Assembly: GCA_034716735.1 (NCBI GenBank)
Contig: JAYEKT010000064.1
Span: 1-33,945, forward strand
DNA from: Patescibacteria group bacterium
Lineage (GTDB): Bacteria; Patescibacteriota; Patescibacteriia; DYHP01
Length of the DNA stretch: 33,945 nt
Direction: 5' to 3'
Shown here piece by piece: positions 15,126 through 24,273 of this stretch. A program made the position numbers and the translations under genes. The notes below the pieces were generated by a model. That model was not told the origin of the DNA, did not search any database, and saw only the letters and a list, made by a program, of their open reading frames with translations. Positions within the stretch are counted from its first letter, which is position 1, and the number at the start of each line of letters is the position of its first letter.

Positions 15126-17468
15126 ATGTCAGAAAAAGCTTACAATCCAGAAAAATACGAAGACGAGGTTTATAAAAGATGGGAAAGAAGCGGTTATTTT
15201 AACCCCGATAACCTTCCTGGTGACAGGAAGAAATCTTTTAGTATTGTAATGCCACCGCCAAATGTGACTGGTGTTTTGCATGTTGGGCATGCTGTGATGC
15301 TTGCTTTAGAAGATATTATGGCGCGATACCACAGAATGCGCGGATATGACACATTATGGCTCCCTGGTACGGACCACGCAGCAATCGCAACACAGACAAA
15401 AGTGGAGAAATTATTAAAAGAAAAAGACAAAACTCGTCACGACTTAGGACAAGAAGATTTTTTGAAAGAAGTAAGAAAATTTGTTGACCAGTCAAAAGAC
15501 ACAATTCATAGGCAAATTAGAAAAATGGGGTGTTCGTGTGATTGGTCGCGCGAGGCATATACTTTGGACGAACAAAGATCTTTGGCTACGCGGACAGTAT
15601 TTAAAAAAATGTATGATGATGGTTTAATCTACCGAGGTGATAGATTGGTCAACTGGTGTCCGCGATGTGAATCTACATTATCAGATGATGAGGTGGAATA
15701 TAGAGAAGAGGATTCAAAATTATATTTCTTTAAATATGATGAAGATTTTCCTTTTGAAATTGCAACAACTAGACCAGAAACAAAATTAGGGGATACTGCC
15801 GTTGCTGTTCATCCAGATGATAAAAGATATAAAAAATACATTGGCGAAACTATTGATGTAAATTTTGTTGGCAAGCGACTAAGTTTAAAAATTATTGGCG
15901 ATAAATCTGTTGATATGGAATTTGGCACAGGCGCGGTTGGTGTAACACCAGCGCATTCAATGGCCGATTCGCAATTGGCAGAAAAACATAAATTAGAATC
16001 TATAAAAGTTATTGGCGAAGATGGAAAAATTACAGTAGAAGCAGGAAAGTTTTTTGGTCTTACTCCGCTTGAGGCGCGCGAGAGAATTTTGAAATCATTA
16101 GAAAAAAATGAGTTTTTAAGCAAAGAGGAAGATATTACACACAATTTGAGTGTTTGTTATCGTTGTGGCGAAGGTGTGGAACCGCTTTCATCAAAGCAGT
16201 GGTTTATAGATGTTAATAAAAAGATAACAATAAAAGGAAACAAGTATTTTAAAAATAAATCTTTGAAAGATGTTGCAGTTAAGGTTGTAAAAGATGGTGA
16301 AATTAAAATAATGCCAAAAAGATTTGAAAAAGTTTATTTTCACTGGATGGATAATTTACGCGATTGGTGCATAAGCCGACAAATTTGGTTTGGTCATCAA
16401 ATACCTGTGTGGTATAAAGGCGAAAAGGTTTATGTTGGGGTTGATGAACCAAAAGGAAGCGGATGGGAACAGGATGAGGATACTTTGGATACATGGTTTT
16501 CTTCTGGGCTTTGGACTTTTTCAACTTTGGGTTGGCCAGAAAAAACAGAAGATATTAAAAAATATCACCCGACAACAGTTTTGGAAACAGGTTATGATAT
16601 TTTATTTTTCTGGGTAGCAAGAATGATTTTAATGACAACCTATACTTTGGGCGAGATACCATTTGAAAATGTTTATTTACATGGTTTAGTGCGCGATAAA
16701 CAAGGACAAAAGATGTCAAAATCATTGGGTAATGTTATTGACCCATTAGATGTTGCGGAAAAATATGGAACAGACGCAGTTCGTCTTTCTTTAATAATGG
16801 GAACATCGCCGGGTAATGATGTAAAGCTTTCAGAAGAAAAAATTGCAGGGTTTAGGAACTTTGCAAACAAACTTTGGAATATCGGACGCTTTATTTCATT
16901 TCAAGAAAAATGCGGTGGCAAGGAAACATTGGCAGATAGATGGATTTTATCTCGTTTGAATAATCTTATAAAAGAAGTTAGTGAGGATTTGGAAAATTAT
17001 AATTTTTCATTTGCCGGTGAAAAGCTTCGTGATTTTACATGGGGGGAGTTTGCCGATTGGTATTTAGAAATTTCAAAAGTAGAAGAAGGAAAAACTAAGG
17101 TTTTAAAAGATGTTTTAGAAAAACTTTTAATTCTTTGGCATCCATTTATACCTTATGTTACAGAAGTTGTTTGGAAAGAAATGCTTGGTAAACGAAATTT
17201 GATAATCGCTGAATGGCCAGAAGTAGACAAAAAGAAGATTGATGAAAAAGCAGAAGAAGAGTTTGTTATAGTAAGGGAAGTGGTTGCAAAAATCCGTAAT
17301 ATGCGCGCAGAGCAAAAAGTAGAAGGCGGGCGGATGATAGATGTTTCAATTATATCAAAAGATAAAAAATTATTAGAAGAACAAGAACATATTATAAAAA
17401 GATTGGCGAGAATAGAAAATTTAGAGATAAAAGCCGATGGTAAAAAGACAGAAATAGTGATAAAATAG
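15126..17468 (+). CDS. valS: valyl-tRNA synthetase
   Basis: 'PPPNVTGVLHVGHA' HIGH region, 'KMSKSLGN', CP1 editing-domain motifs 'TTRPETKLGDTAVAV'. ATG at 15126 is preferred to the listed TTG, which lies inside the promoter. Confidence 0.9.
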   Translation: MSEKAYNPEKYEDEVYKRWERSGYFNPDNLPGDRKKSFSIVMPPPNVTGVLHVGHAVMLALEDIMARYHRMRGYDTLWLPGTDHAAIATQTKVEKLLKEKDKTRHDLGQEDFLKEVRKFVDQSKDTIHRQIRKMGCSCDWSREAYTLDEQRSLATRTVFKKMYDDGLIYRGDRLVNWCPRCESTLSDDEVEYREEDSKLYFFKYDEDFPFEIATTRPETKLGDTAVAVHPDDKRYKKYIGETIDVNFVGKRLSLKIIGDKSVDMEFGTGAVGVTPAHSMADSQLAEKHKLESIKVIGEDGKITVEAGKFFGLTPLEARERILKSLEKNEFLSKEEDITHNLSVCYRCGEGVEPLSSKQWFIDVNKKITIKGNKYFKNKSLKDVAVKVVKDGEIKIMPKRFEKVYFHWMDNLRDWCISRQIWFGHQIPVWYKGEKVYVGVDEPKGSGWEQDEDTLDTWFSSGLWTFSTLGWPEKTEDIKKYHPTTVLETGYDILFFWVARMILMTTYTLGEIPFENVYLHGLVRDKQGQKMSKSLGNVIDPLDVAEKYGTDAVRLSLIMGTSPGNDVKLSEEKIAGFRNFANKLWNIGRFISFQEKCGGKETLADRWILSRLNNLIKEVSEDLENYNFSFAGEKLRDFTWGEFADWYLEISKVEEGKTKVLKDVLEKLLILWHPFIPYVTEVVWKEMLGKRNLIIAEWPEVDKKKIDEKAEEEFVIVREVVAKIRNMRAEQKVEGGRMIDVSIISKDKKLLEEQEHIIKRLARIENLEIKADGKKTEIVIK

Positions 17469-17474
17469 ACTTAT

Positions 17475-18677
17475 ATGAACAAAAAATCAAAAAAACTTTC
17501 TACTGCGTCTAAGAAATCAATTGACGAAATTTTAAATCGCGGGGTTGATGAAGTTATTGGCAAAGAACATCTTGAAGAAGATTTAAAAAAAGGGCATTGT
17601 CTTAGAATTAAACTTGGCGCAGATCCAACCGCGCCAGATTTGCATTTGGGACATGCTGTAGTTTTGCGCAAACTTAAACAATTTCAGGATTTGGGACACA
17701 CCATCGTATTTATCATTGGTGATTATACGGCAAGGATTGGCGACCCGTCAGGAAAATCCAAAACTCGCCCGCAACTAACTGCTCTTGAAATTGAAAAAAA
17801 TGCAAAAACATATTTTGAACAAGTTGGGAAAATTTTAAATCTTAAAAAATGTAGTATTCATTATAATTCAGAGTGGTTTAAAAAATTTACTTTTGATGAT
17901 TTAATAAAACTTTCTTCAAAATTTCCCTTGGCGCGTATTTTAGAACGTGATGATTTTGAAAAGAGATTAAAAGAAGGAATTGAAATTGGCGCGCATGAAA
18001 TTCTTTATCCAATGATGCAAGCGCATGATTCTGTGATGATTAATGCTTCGGTTGAAATTGGCGGCACAGACCAAAGATTTAATATGCTTGCTGGACGAGA
18101 TCTTCAAAAGAAAATAAATATGATGCCACAAGAAGTAATTACTTGTCCGCTTTTGATTGGATTGGACGGCAAGAAGAAAATGTCAAAAAGTTTAGGTAAT
18201 TATATTGCACTTTCAGATAAGTCGCGCGAGATGTATGGAAAAGTAATGTCAATTCCAGATAAACTTTTAATGCACTATTTTGAATTTGCAACAGAGTTAT
18301 CAGCCGTAGAACTTAAGAAAATTCAACAACAGCTCAAAACAAAAAATCCGCGTGATATTAAAATGCGTCTTGCGCGTGAAATCGTAACAATGTATCACGG
18401 TAAGGCAAAAGTAAAAGACGCAGAAAAGAATTTTGTGCAAGTTTTTCAGAAAAAAGAAAAACCTGACAAAATGCCAGAGTTTAAAGCAGAGAAAGAGATG
18501 TTTTTGATAGATGTTTTATACGAAAGCAAGCTTGCGCAGAGCAAAACTGATGCCAGACGTGTTATTGCGCAAGGCGGGGTGCAGGTAAATAGCAAGGTAA
18601 TAAAAGATATTAAGGTAAAAGTTAAGAAAGGCGCGTTAATACAAAAGGGGAAAAGGCACTTTTTGAAAGTTGTTTAA
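17475..18677 (+). CDS. tyrS: tyrosyl-tRNA synthetase
   Basis: 'DPTAPDLHLGHAV' HIGH, 'KMSKSLGN', C-terminal S4-like 'SKTDARRVIAQGGVQVN'. Confidence 0.9.
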   Translation: MNKKSKKLSTASKKSIDEILNRGVDEVIGKEHLEEDLKKGHCLRIKLGADPTAPDLHLGHAVVLRKLKQFQDLGHTIVFIIGDYTARIGDPSGKSKTRPQLTALEIEKNAKTYFEQVGKILNLKKCSIHYNSEWFKKFTFDDLIKLSSKFPLARILERDDFEKRLKEGIEIGAHEILYPMMQAHDSVMINASVEIGGTDQRFNMLAGRDLQKKINMMPQEVITCPLLIGLDGKKKMSKSLGNYIALSDKSREMYGKVMSIPDKLLMHYFEFATELSAVELKKIQQQLKTKNPRDIKMRLAREIVTMYHGKAKVKDAEKNFVQVFQKKEKPDKMPEFKAEKEMFLIDVLYESKLAQSKTDARRVIAQGGVQVNSKVIKDIKVKVKKGALIQKGKRHFLKVV

Positions 18678-20212
18678 TTCTTTTCTGGACGATATTGAAT
18701 CGCTTCGGCAATATCGTCTGGTGAAATATTTTCTCGTTCTTCTAAGTCCGCAATTGTGCGGGCTATTTTTAATACTCTAAAGTATCCACGGGCAGAAAGA
18801 TTTTTTAAGTTAACTGCTTGGCGGAGAAGTTGTTTTGATTCGTCATTAACTGGGCAGAACTTTTTGATTGTTTGCGACGACATTTCTGTGTTTGTGAAAA
18901 TTTCTAAATCTTTAAATCTTGCAGTTTGAATATCCCGCGCTTTTTGCACGCGTTCGCGTATAACGCGCGATGGTTCACCAATTGTTGTATCGTCTAATTT
19001 GTCAAAATCAATTTTTGGCACAGTAGTGTGTAAATCAATTCTATCCAAAAGAGGTCCAGAAATTTTTCTATGATATTTTGAAATTTGTCCGGGCAAGCAA
19101 TCGCATTTTCCATTAGGATCATTCAAATATCCACAAGGACAAGGATTTTGAGCGGCAATTAAAACAAATTTTGCGGGAAATTGCAGGGTTCCTGATGCGC
19201 GCGAGACAGTAACAAATCCGTCTTCAAGTGGTTGGCGTAAATTTTCTAAAACTGAACGATTAAATTCTGGAAGTTCGTCTAAAAACAAAACTCCGCGATG
19301 CGCCAAACTAATCTCACCAGGTTTTGGCCATGTTCCTCCGCCAACAAGAGCGACGCCAGAAGATGTGTGATGTGGACTTCTAAATGTTCGTTCTGTTATC
19401 AATGGCTTACTTGATGGCAAAAGACCAGCAATTGACCAAATTTTTGTCATTTCAAGCGCTTCATTCAAAGTGAGGCGGGGGAGGATTGTTGGAAGCGTGC
19501 GCGCTAACAATGTTTTTCCAGAACCAGGAGGGCCAGTCATTAAAATGTTATGTCCGCCTGCGGCGGCAATTTCTAAAACATGCTTGGCGTTTTCCTGTCC
19601 TTTTACAAACCCCATGTCAAAATCAGAAAGCCCAGAGTTTTCTAAATTAATTTTTCCACGTTGGTATGGGGCTATCAATTCTATGCCTTGAAGATGGAGT
19701 ATTAGTTGACGAAGATTTTTTACAGGAATAATTTCAAACCCTGGAACAAGCCCAGCTTCTCGCGCATTATCTTCAGGAAGATAAAGTGTTTTTGCGCCAA
19801 GTGATGTTGCCATTGTTGCAATTGAAAGAATTCCATTTACTCTACGAAGAGTCCCATCCAATGCAAGCTCGCCAATAAAAAGATTTTGGTGCTTGTCTTC
19901 TGGTGTGGCTTGAGTTGTTTTTATTGTACCTGAAGTGCAAAGCAAACTAATAGCAATTGGCAAATCATATGAAGGTCCTGCTTTTTTAATATCTGCTGGC
20001 GCAAGATTTACAGCAATGCGTGGACGAGGAAAAGTAAAACCACTGCTTTTAATAGCAGCCTTTACGCGCTCGCGCGATTCTTGAACCGCAGTATCTGGCA
20101 AACCAACAATTACAAAATTTACAAATCCGCCTGTAATGCAGGATTCAACTTCTATTGGCTTTGCCTCCAAGCCAATCGTCGCCGCAGAATATATTTTAGA
20201 TGTCATAGCCAT
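18674..20212 (-). CDS. comM: YifB/ComM-family Mg-chelatase-like AAA+ ATPase
   Basis: Lon-protease-like N-terminal domain, 'GPPGSGKT' Walker A, 'VLFLDELPEF' Walker B, C-terminal 'SARGYFRVLKIARTIADL'. Confidence 0.9.
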   Translation of the reverse strand: MAMTSKIYSAATIGLEAKPIEVESCITGGFVNFVIVGLPDTAVQESRERVKAAIKSSGFTFPRPRIAVNLAPADIKKAGPSYDLPIAISLLCTSGTIKTTQATPEDKHQNLFIGELALDGTLRRVNGILSIATMATSLGAKTLYLPEDNAREAGLVPGFEIIPVKNLRQLILHLQGIELIAPYQRGKINLENSGLSDFDMGFVKGQENAKHVLEIAAAGGHNILMTGPPGSGKTLLARTLPTILPRLTLNEALEMTKIWSIAGLLPSSKPLITERTFRSPHHTSSGVALVGGGTWPKPGEISLAHRGVLFLDELPEFNRSVLENLRQPLEDGFVTVSRASGTLQFPAKFVLIAAQNPCPCGYLNDPNGKCDCLPGQISKYHRKISGPLLDRIDLHTTVPKIDFDKLDDTTIGEPSRVIRERVQKARDIQTARFKDLEIFTNTEMSSQTIKKFCPVNDESKQLLRQAVNLKNLSARGYFRVLKIARTIADLEERENISPDDIAEAIQYRPEKN

Positions 20213-20296
20213 TTGTCATTCCTGCCCCGTAATAAATATGGGGTAAACTCCGGCAGGAATCCATTCATTTGTCATTCCTGCGAAGGCAGGAATCCA
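20213..20296. repeat. two adjacent GTCATTCCTGC...GCAGGAATCC palindromic elements (one long form, one short form)
   Basis: 20215-20263: TGTCATTCCTGCC-(25 nt)-GGCAGGAATCCA. 20270-20296: TGTCATTCCTGC-GAAG-GCAGGAATCCA. They start 1 nt upstream of the comM start codon. Confidence 0.85.
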
Positions 20297-20396
20297 TAAA
20301 TTAAATTCCATACTATCTTATCATATCTAAAAAGATGCGCAAGTTTTTGTTTTCTTATATAGAGTATGAGATAATAAAAAAAGAGATTTATAAAAT

Positions 20397-20428
20397 GGTA
20401 TGTTCAATGAACATACCGTGAACATACC
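20397..20428. promoter_or_regulatory. putative operator: 9-bp inverted repeat plus a third direct copy
   Basis: GGTATGTTC-AAT-GAACATACC-GT-GAACATACC, ending 6 nt before the AbrB-like ATG. Confidence 0.5.
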
Positions 20429-20434
20429 AAAAAT

Positions 20435-20590
20435 ATGTCTGACATAAGAAAAATCGTAAAAAACGGTCGCAATAGTTATTATATAAATATCCCAAAGGAA
20501 CTAATGAAGGAATTAAGATGGAAAGAAAAACAAAAACTCGTCGTCAAAAAACACGGTAAAGGAGTTTTGGTGGTGGATTGGGAGAAGTAG
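20435..20590 (+). CDS. AbrB/MazE/SpoVT-type DNA-binding protein (51 aa), no cognate toxin gene
   Basis: Hand translation: MSDIRKIVKNGRNSYYINIPKELMKELRWKEKQKLVVKKHGKGVLVVDWEK. The 'G.S..I.IPKE...L..K.G' pattern is typical of the SpoVT-AbrB fold. Below the ORF-track length cutoff. Confidence 0.6.
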   Translation: MSDIRKIVKNGRNSYYINIPKELMKELRWKEKQKLVVKKHGKGVLVVDWEK

Positions 20591-20618
20591 TAGTTGATGC
20601 AAGGGTGGCTTTGTAAAA

Positions 20619-21284
20619 TTATTTGCGTTTTAAAATCTTCTGATCAGCAATACTTAATGGAATATCTAATAGTTTTTTAATAATCAATATTATTTTATTA
20701 TCATCACTATCATTCTGTTTATTACATATGAAATCAAAAGTTTTTTTATAATTCAATTTACGATCAGAGTTGATGATTAAAGTAGGGAATTCTCTTGACC
20801 ACATTTCATTAAAAATATCTATATAATCAAAATATTCTTTATCTATATACTTTCTCCCCGTTTTTTTAATAGCATTATTTAGTTTATATCTTTTGAGAGC
20901 TGTTTTATACGAACAAGATACGATAATGTATTTATTAGGTATTATGATTTCATTTTTGTTGAAATAGAATTCTAATTCTTTCAGATAGAATAATCGCATA
21001 TCAAATAATCCTTTTTTATAGATAGCATAAACATGGGCGCTCATAGAAATAAAGCTTCTATCTAATAGGTTGGTTCCATTATGAATTTGTAGCATTCTTT
21101 TTTTATCAACTTTAAGGTATCTTACTTGTTCATTTTTATAGACGCTATCGTGAGTATCCTTTAGTGGGATATTTTTTAGGATATCACAATACTCAACAAT
21201 TTTATTAAATCCGTATTTAGACGATAGTTTTGATATAATAGTGGTTTTTCCAGTAAAAACATTTCCATCAAACGATATAATCAT
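20619..21284 (-). CDS. P-loop nucleotide kinase, dTMP-kinase/deoxynucleoside-kinase-like
   Basis: 'ISFDGNVFTGKTT' P-loop and 'LLDRSFISMSAHVYA' (DR[YF]..S..AY region of the TMPK family). ATGA overlap with the upstream radical SAM gene. Confidence 0.6.
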   Translation of the reverse strand: MIISFDGNVFTGKTTIISKLSSKYGFNKIVEYCDILKNIPLKDTHDSVYKNEQVRYLKVDKKRMLQIHNGTNLLDRSFISMSAHVYAIYKKGLFDMRLFYLKELEFYFNKNEIIIPNKYIIVSCSYKTALKRYKLNNAIKKTGRKYIDKEYFDYIDIFNEMWSREFPTLIINSDRKLNYKKTFDFICNKQNDSDDNKIILIIKKLLDIPLSIADQKILKRK

Positions 21285-22144
21285 AGCGCTAATTTACATT
21301 TTTTACACAACGCAATACTTTTTTCATTTTTTAAATAAATTCTTTTTCTTATTTTGCGATACTTTGTTGAGTCCCAAACCCGTTGTATTGTTTGCTTGTT
21401 TAAATCTCCAAGAATATAATCAGATTTCCAATCCATACAACAAAGGATAACTTTCCCAGAGTATGTAATATGTATCCTATCAAGCGGTCTGTTTTGCTGA
21501 CAGCCAGCGGTCTGTTTTTTATAAATATTATTTTTGTATTTTTTAACATTATTAGATCTATCAAGAAAACCCCACAATTCAAATTTAATACAGTTTTTTT
21601 CACAGAATTTTTTAGCGATTTCAATATCTTTTTGACTAATGCGCGGGTAGTCAATCATTACAATGCTAAGTTGCCCAATACTATTTCTAAGCTTCTTGTT
21701 TGAAACTAATAAATCCAGATTTTGTTTTACATTTTTCCATAATATTCCAGGCATTGCTTTTTTATGGGTCTTTTCTGTAAATCCAAAAATACTCATACGC
21801 AAATCTCTAATATTTATCCCAAGCATTTTGTTTTGCATTTCCTCATTAAGCATAGAAAGATTTGTGGATATTTCAATTTCAGCTTCAGGACATTTTTTAT
21901 TTATATACTTCAGACGATCAATAAAATAAGGATCTAAAAATGGCTCGTTATTGAGGTAGGGGATAATTTTGATGCCCCAGGGATTTTTTATTTGATCAAT
22001 AATTTTCTTAAATAAATCTTTGCTCATAACGCCATGTGATTTTGAGTCCTTAATGTCGCGATAAGGACATATCGCGCACATTCCATTGCAATAAGATGCT
22101 GTTTGGATTTCTAACGCTTTTGGAAATGGTGAACATTTAATCAT
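21281..22144 (-). CDS. radical SAM / SPASM-domain protein
   Basis: 'SYCNGMCAICPY' CX3CX2C. C-terminal Cys cluster 'GCQQN...VILCCMDW...CKKCKL'. Confidence 0.8.
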   Translation of the reverse strand: MIKCSPFPKALEIQTASYCNGMCAICPYRDIKDSKSHGVMSKDLFKKIIDQIKNPWGIKIIPYLNNEPFLDPYFIDRLKYINKKCPEAEIEISTNLSMLNEEMQNKMLGINIRDLRMSIFGFTEKTHKKAMPGILWKNVKQNLDLLVSNKKLRNSIGQLSIVMIDYPRISQKDIEIAKKFCEKNCIKFELWGFLDRSNNVKKYKNNIYKKQTAGCQQNRPLDRIHITYSGKVILCCMDWKSDYILGDLNKQTIQRVWDSTKYRKIRKRIYLKNEKSIALCKKCKLAL

Positions 22145-23793
22145 ATCCTATCTATTCCAATATATATTTCTTTGACAATATCACGACCCCCACCTTCTAT
22201 CGTCTTAGTTATTATATCGGCGTGTTTAATTTTGATTGATTGCGAAATAGTCCTAAATTTATCAATGAAACTTTTATCTTCTTGATTTAATTCGCGCAAA
22301 TCACCGCGCGCAGTTAGGCGCGCAGTATTTTTAAGATATTCCGATAGTAGATTCATAGAGATATCTCGCATTTGGTTAAATTCTTTAAAATCATCCCTAA
22401 TAATTTTTTTGTATTTATTTTTTTCTTTTTTAAGTAGAGTCTCCAATAATTTACAAGTTGTGCAATAATATTCGTATTCATATGCCTCTGGATTTAGCGT
22501 TTCAGAAAAAATCTTTTTTAATTTTTTTAGTAGTTTCCCAACATCCGTATTTAAAAAATTATATCCATAAGTAATTTTATCGCATTTTGTATTTTTAGAT
22601 ATTAAGTTGTCACTTTGTAATTTAATATGAAGTTTAGAGCTTGGGATGACGCGCATAGGTTCCAATATCACCCCTAACCTAAATAATTTTCTTATTTTTA
22701 GTAGGTAATCAAAATTTAGGATTATATCATCTATAGTTGAGTAGGGTTCAAACACAATATATCCGATGTGAATATTTATATGACGAGCCTCTAATCTTTT
22801 TTTGATTTGCGAATATATATTTTTTTCTATTGTCTTATTGAATACCGCCTGACTTCTTTTTGACGCATTTTCTAAGCCCAAGAAAACTCGCGCTAACCCC
22901 ACAGAGGAAAGTTTTTTTAAAAGTTTTTCGCTAATAAATGGCTTGCATCTTAAGTAAATATAGAATTTGATATTTAACTTTCTTTTTTTTATTTCAGAAC
23001 AAAACTTTTCTATTCTATCGTTGTCCATTGGTCCTCTCCAAAAACAATCATCATTAAAGATAAAAAGGGTTTTATTTAATTTTTTATGCAAATATTCCAT
23101 CTCATCTACCACTAATTTAGGGTTTTTCATATCAACAACACCTTTTTTGTTATTAAATTTTGCCATTATTGGATTATGACAAAAACTACATCCAAAAGCA
23201 CAACCGCGAGACGCTTCTATATTTATATATTTTACATTTTCTTGAGCTTCTATATCTCGGGCAGGAAATGGCAATTTATTAAGCGAGATCGTTGCATTCC
23301 TTATTTTATTTGAGCTGATTTGATTTGTAGATGGTTTTCTCCAGATACCTCCGGGGCAATTGGTGTCAAAATTGCTACAATCCTTGTTAAGAGAATTAAC
23401 TAAAGCTAAAGATGTTTCTTCAATCGCGCCTGTTATCACACCGTCTATCCATACATAATCCTTTATCAATTCTTCAGCATTCAGAGATGCGTATGGACCA
23501 CAAATAAAAATTTTGTTTATTTTTTTATATTTTTTGAGTCCAGCAAGAATATTGAATAATTCTTTATAATCTTTAAAATTTGGTTTTGCAATAATGATAT
23601 TATATCTCTCCCTATCTTTTAGAATTTTTTCTGTAGCATGTAGATCTCGTTTTTCTAAAAAACACAAATCTACTTTATATCCATTTTTTCTTAAAAGGGA
23701 CGCAATACTTCCCATTGTCAAAGAAGCCCCTGATTGGGAGAAGAGGGTTCTATAAAAGACTAACTTTATTTTCTTCTGTCTTATTTGATTCAT
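22141..23793 (-). CDS. class B (B12-binding-domain) radical SAM protein
   Basis: N-terminal Rossmann-like B12-binding-type domain ('MGSIASLLRKNGYKVDL...IFICGPYASL...IDGVITGAIEE'), then 'ASRGCAFGCSFCHNP'. Confidence 0.75.
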   Translation of the reverse strand: MNQIRQKKIKLVFYRTLFSQSGASLTMGSIASLLRKNGYKVDLCFLEKRDLHATEKILKDRERYNIIIAKPNFKDYKELFNILAGLKKYKKINKIFICGPYASLNAEELIKDYVWIDGVITGAIEETSLALVNSLNKDCSNFDTNCPGGIWRKPSTNQISSNKIRNATISLNKLPFPARDIEAQENVKYINIEASRGCAFGCSFCHNPIMAKFNNKKGVVDMKNPKLVVDEMEYLHKKLNKTLFIFNDDCFWRGPMDNDRIEKFCSEIKKRKLNIKFYIYLRCKPFISEKLLKKLSSVGLARVFLGLENASKRSQAVFNKTIEKNIYSQIKKRLEARHINIHIGYIVFEPYSTIDDIILNFDYLLKIRKLFRLGVILEPMRVIPSSKLHIKLQSDNLISKNTKCDKITYGYNFLNTDVGKLLKKLKKIFSETLNPEAYEYEYYCTTCKLLETLLKKEKNKYKKIIRDDFKEFNQMRDISMNLLSEYLKNTARLTARGDLRELNQEDKSFIDKFRTISQSIKIKHADIITKTIEGGGRDIVKEIYIGIDRI

Positions 23794-23847
23794 ATAAATT
23801 TTTTTGATAGTATATAAAATATAATTTATTAACTAATAAATATCAAT

Positions 23848-24273
23848 ATGGATAAAGGACTAATCGTTCATACACTCATTTTTAATGATAAGAAGCAGGT
23901 TCTTATTACTAAAAGAGCCAAAATCAATGATGTGCTACCCGAATATTGGGATATTCCTGGAGGAACTCTGGAAGAAGGGGAAGACCCTATGGTTGGCGCG
24001 ATGCGTGAAACCAAAGAAGAGTCGGGGATAGATATAGAAAATCCTAATTTATTTTTTCAATTTTCTAATATAGACACAGGTAAAAATAAACAGTTTATTA
24101 CATTGGTTTTTTTAGCAGAATATTCTAGCGGGGATATAAAACTTAGTCCTGAAGAGCATGAAGATTATGCATGGATAGATATGGTAGATTCTGATAAATA
24201 TAAGAAAGTTAGTTATTTGCAGGATTGCTTTGATTTATTAAATTCAAAGAGTCATAATGTTCTTAAATTTTAA
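23848..24273 (+). CDS. NUDIX hydrolase
   Basis: Nudix box 'GGTLEEGEDPMVGAMRETKEESGI'. Divergent from the radical SAM operon. Confidence 0.85.
   Translation: MDKGLIVHTLIFNDKKQVLITKRAKINDVLPEYWDIPGGTLEEGEDPMVGAMRETKEESGIDIENPNLFFQFSNIDTGKNKQFITLVFLAEYSSGDIKLSPEEHEDYAWIDMVDSDKYKKVSYLQDCFDLLNSKSHNVLKF

Noticed and set aside
18674-18677. Convergent genes sharing overlapping stop codons in the sequence TTAA (tyrS/comM here, Nudix/GT2 at 24270-24273).
   Set aside because: This is a simple consequence of genome compaction in an AT-rich genome. It is not evidence of a regulatory feature.
20591-23847. RiPP interpretation of the radical SAM operon (a precursor peptide gene).
   Set aside because: There is no short ORF with SD in the 28-nt and 54-nt flanking gaps, nor between the ATGA-overlapped genes. 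The AbrB-like ORF is convergent and has a DNA-binding fold pattern.
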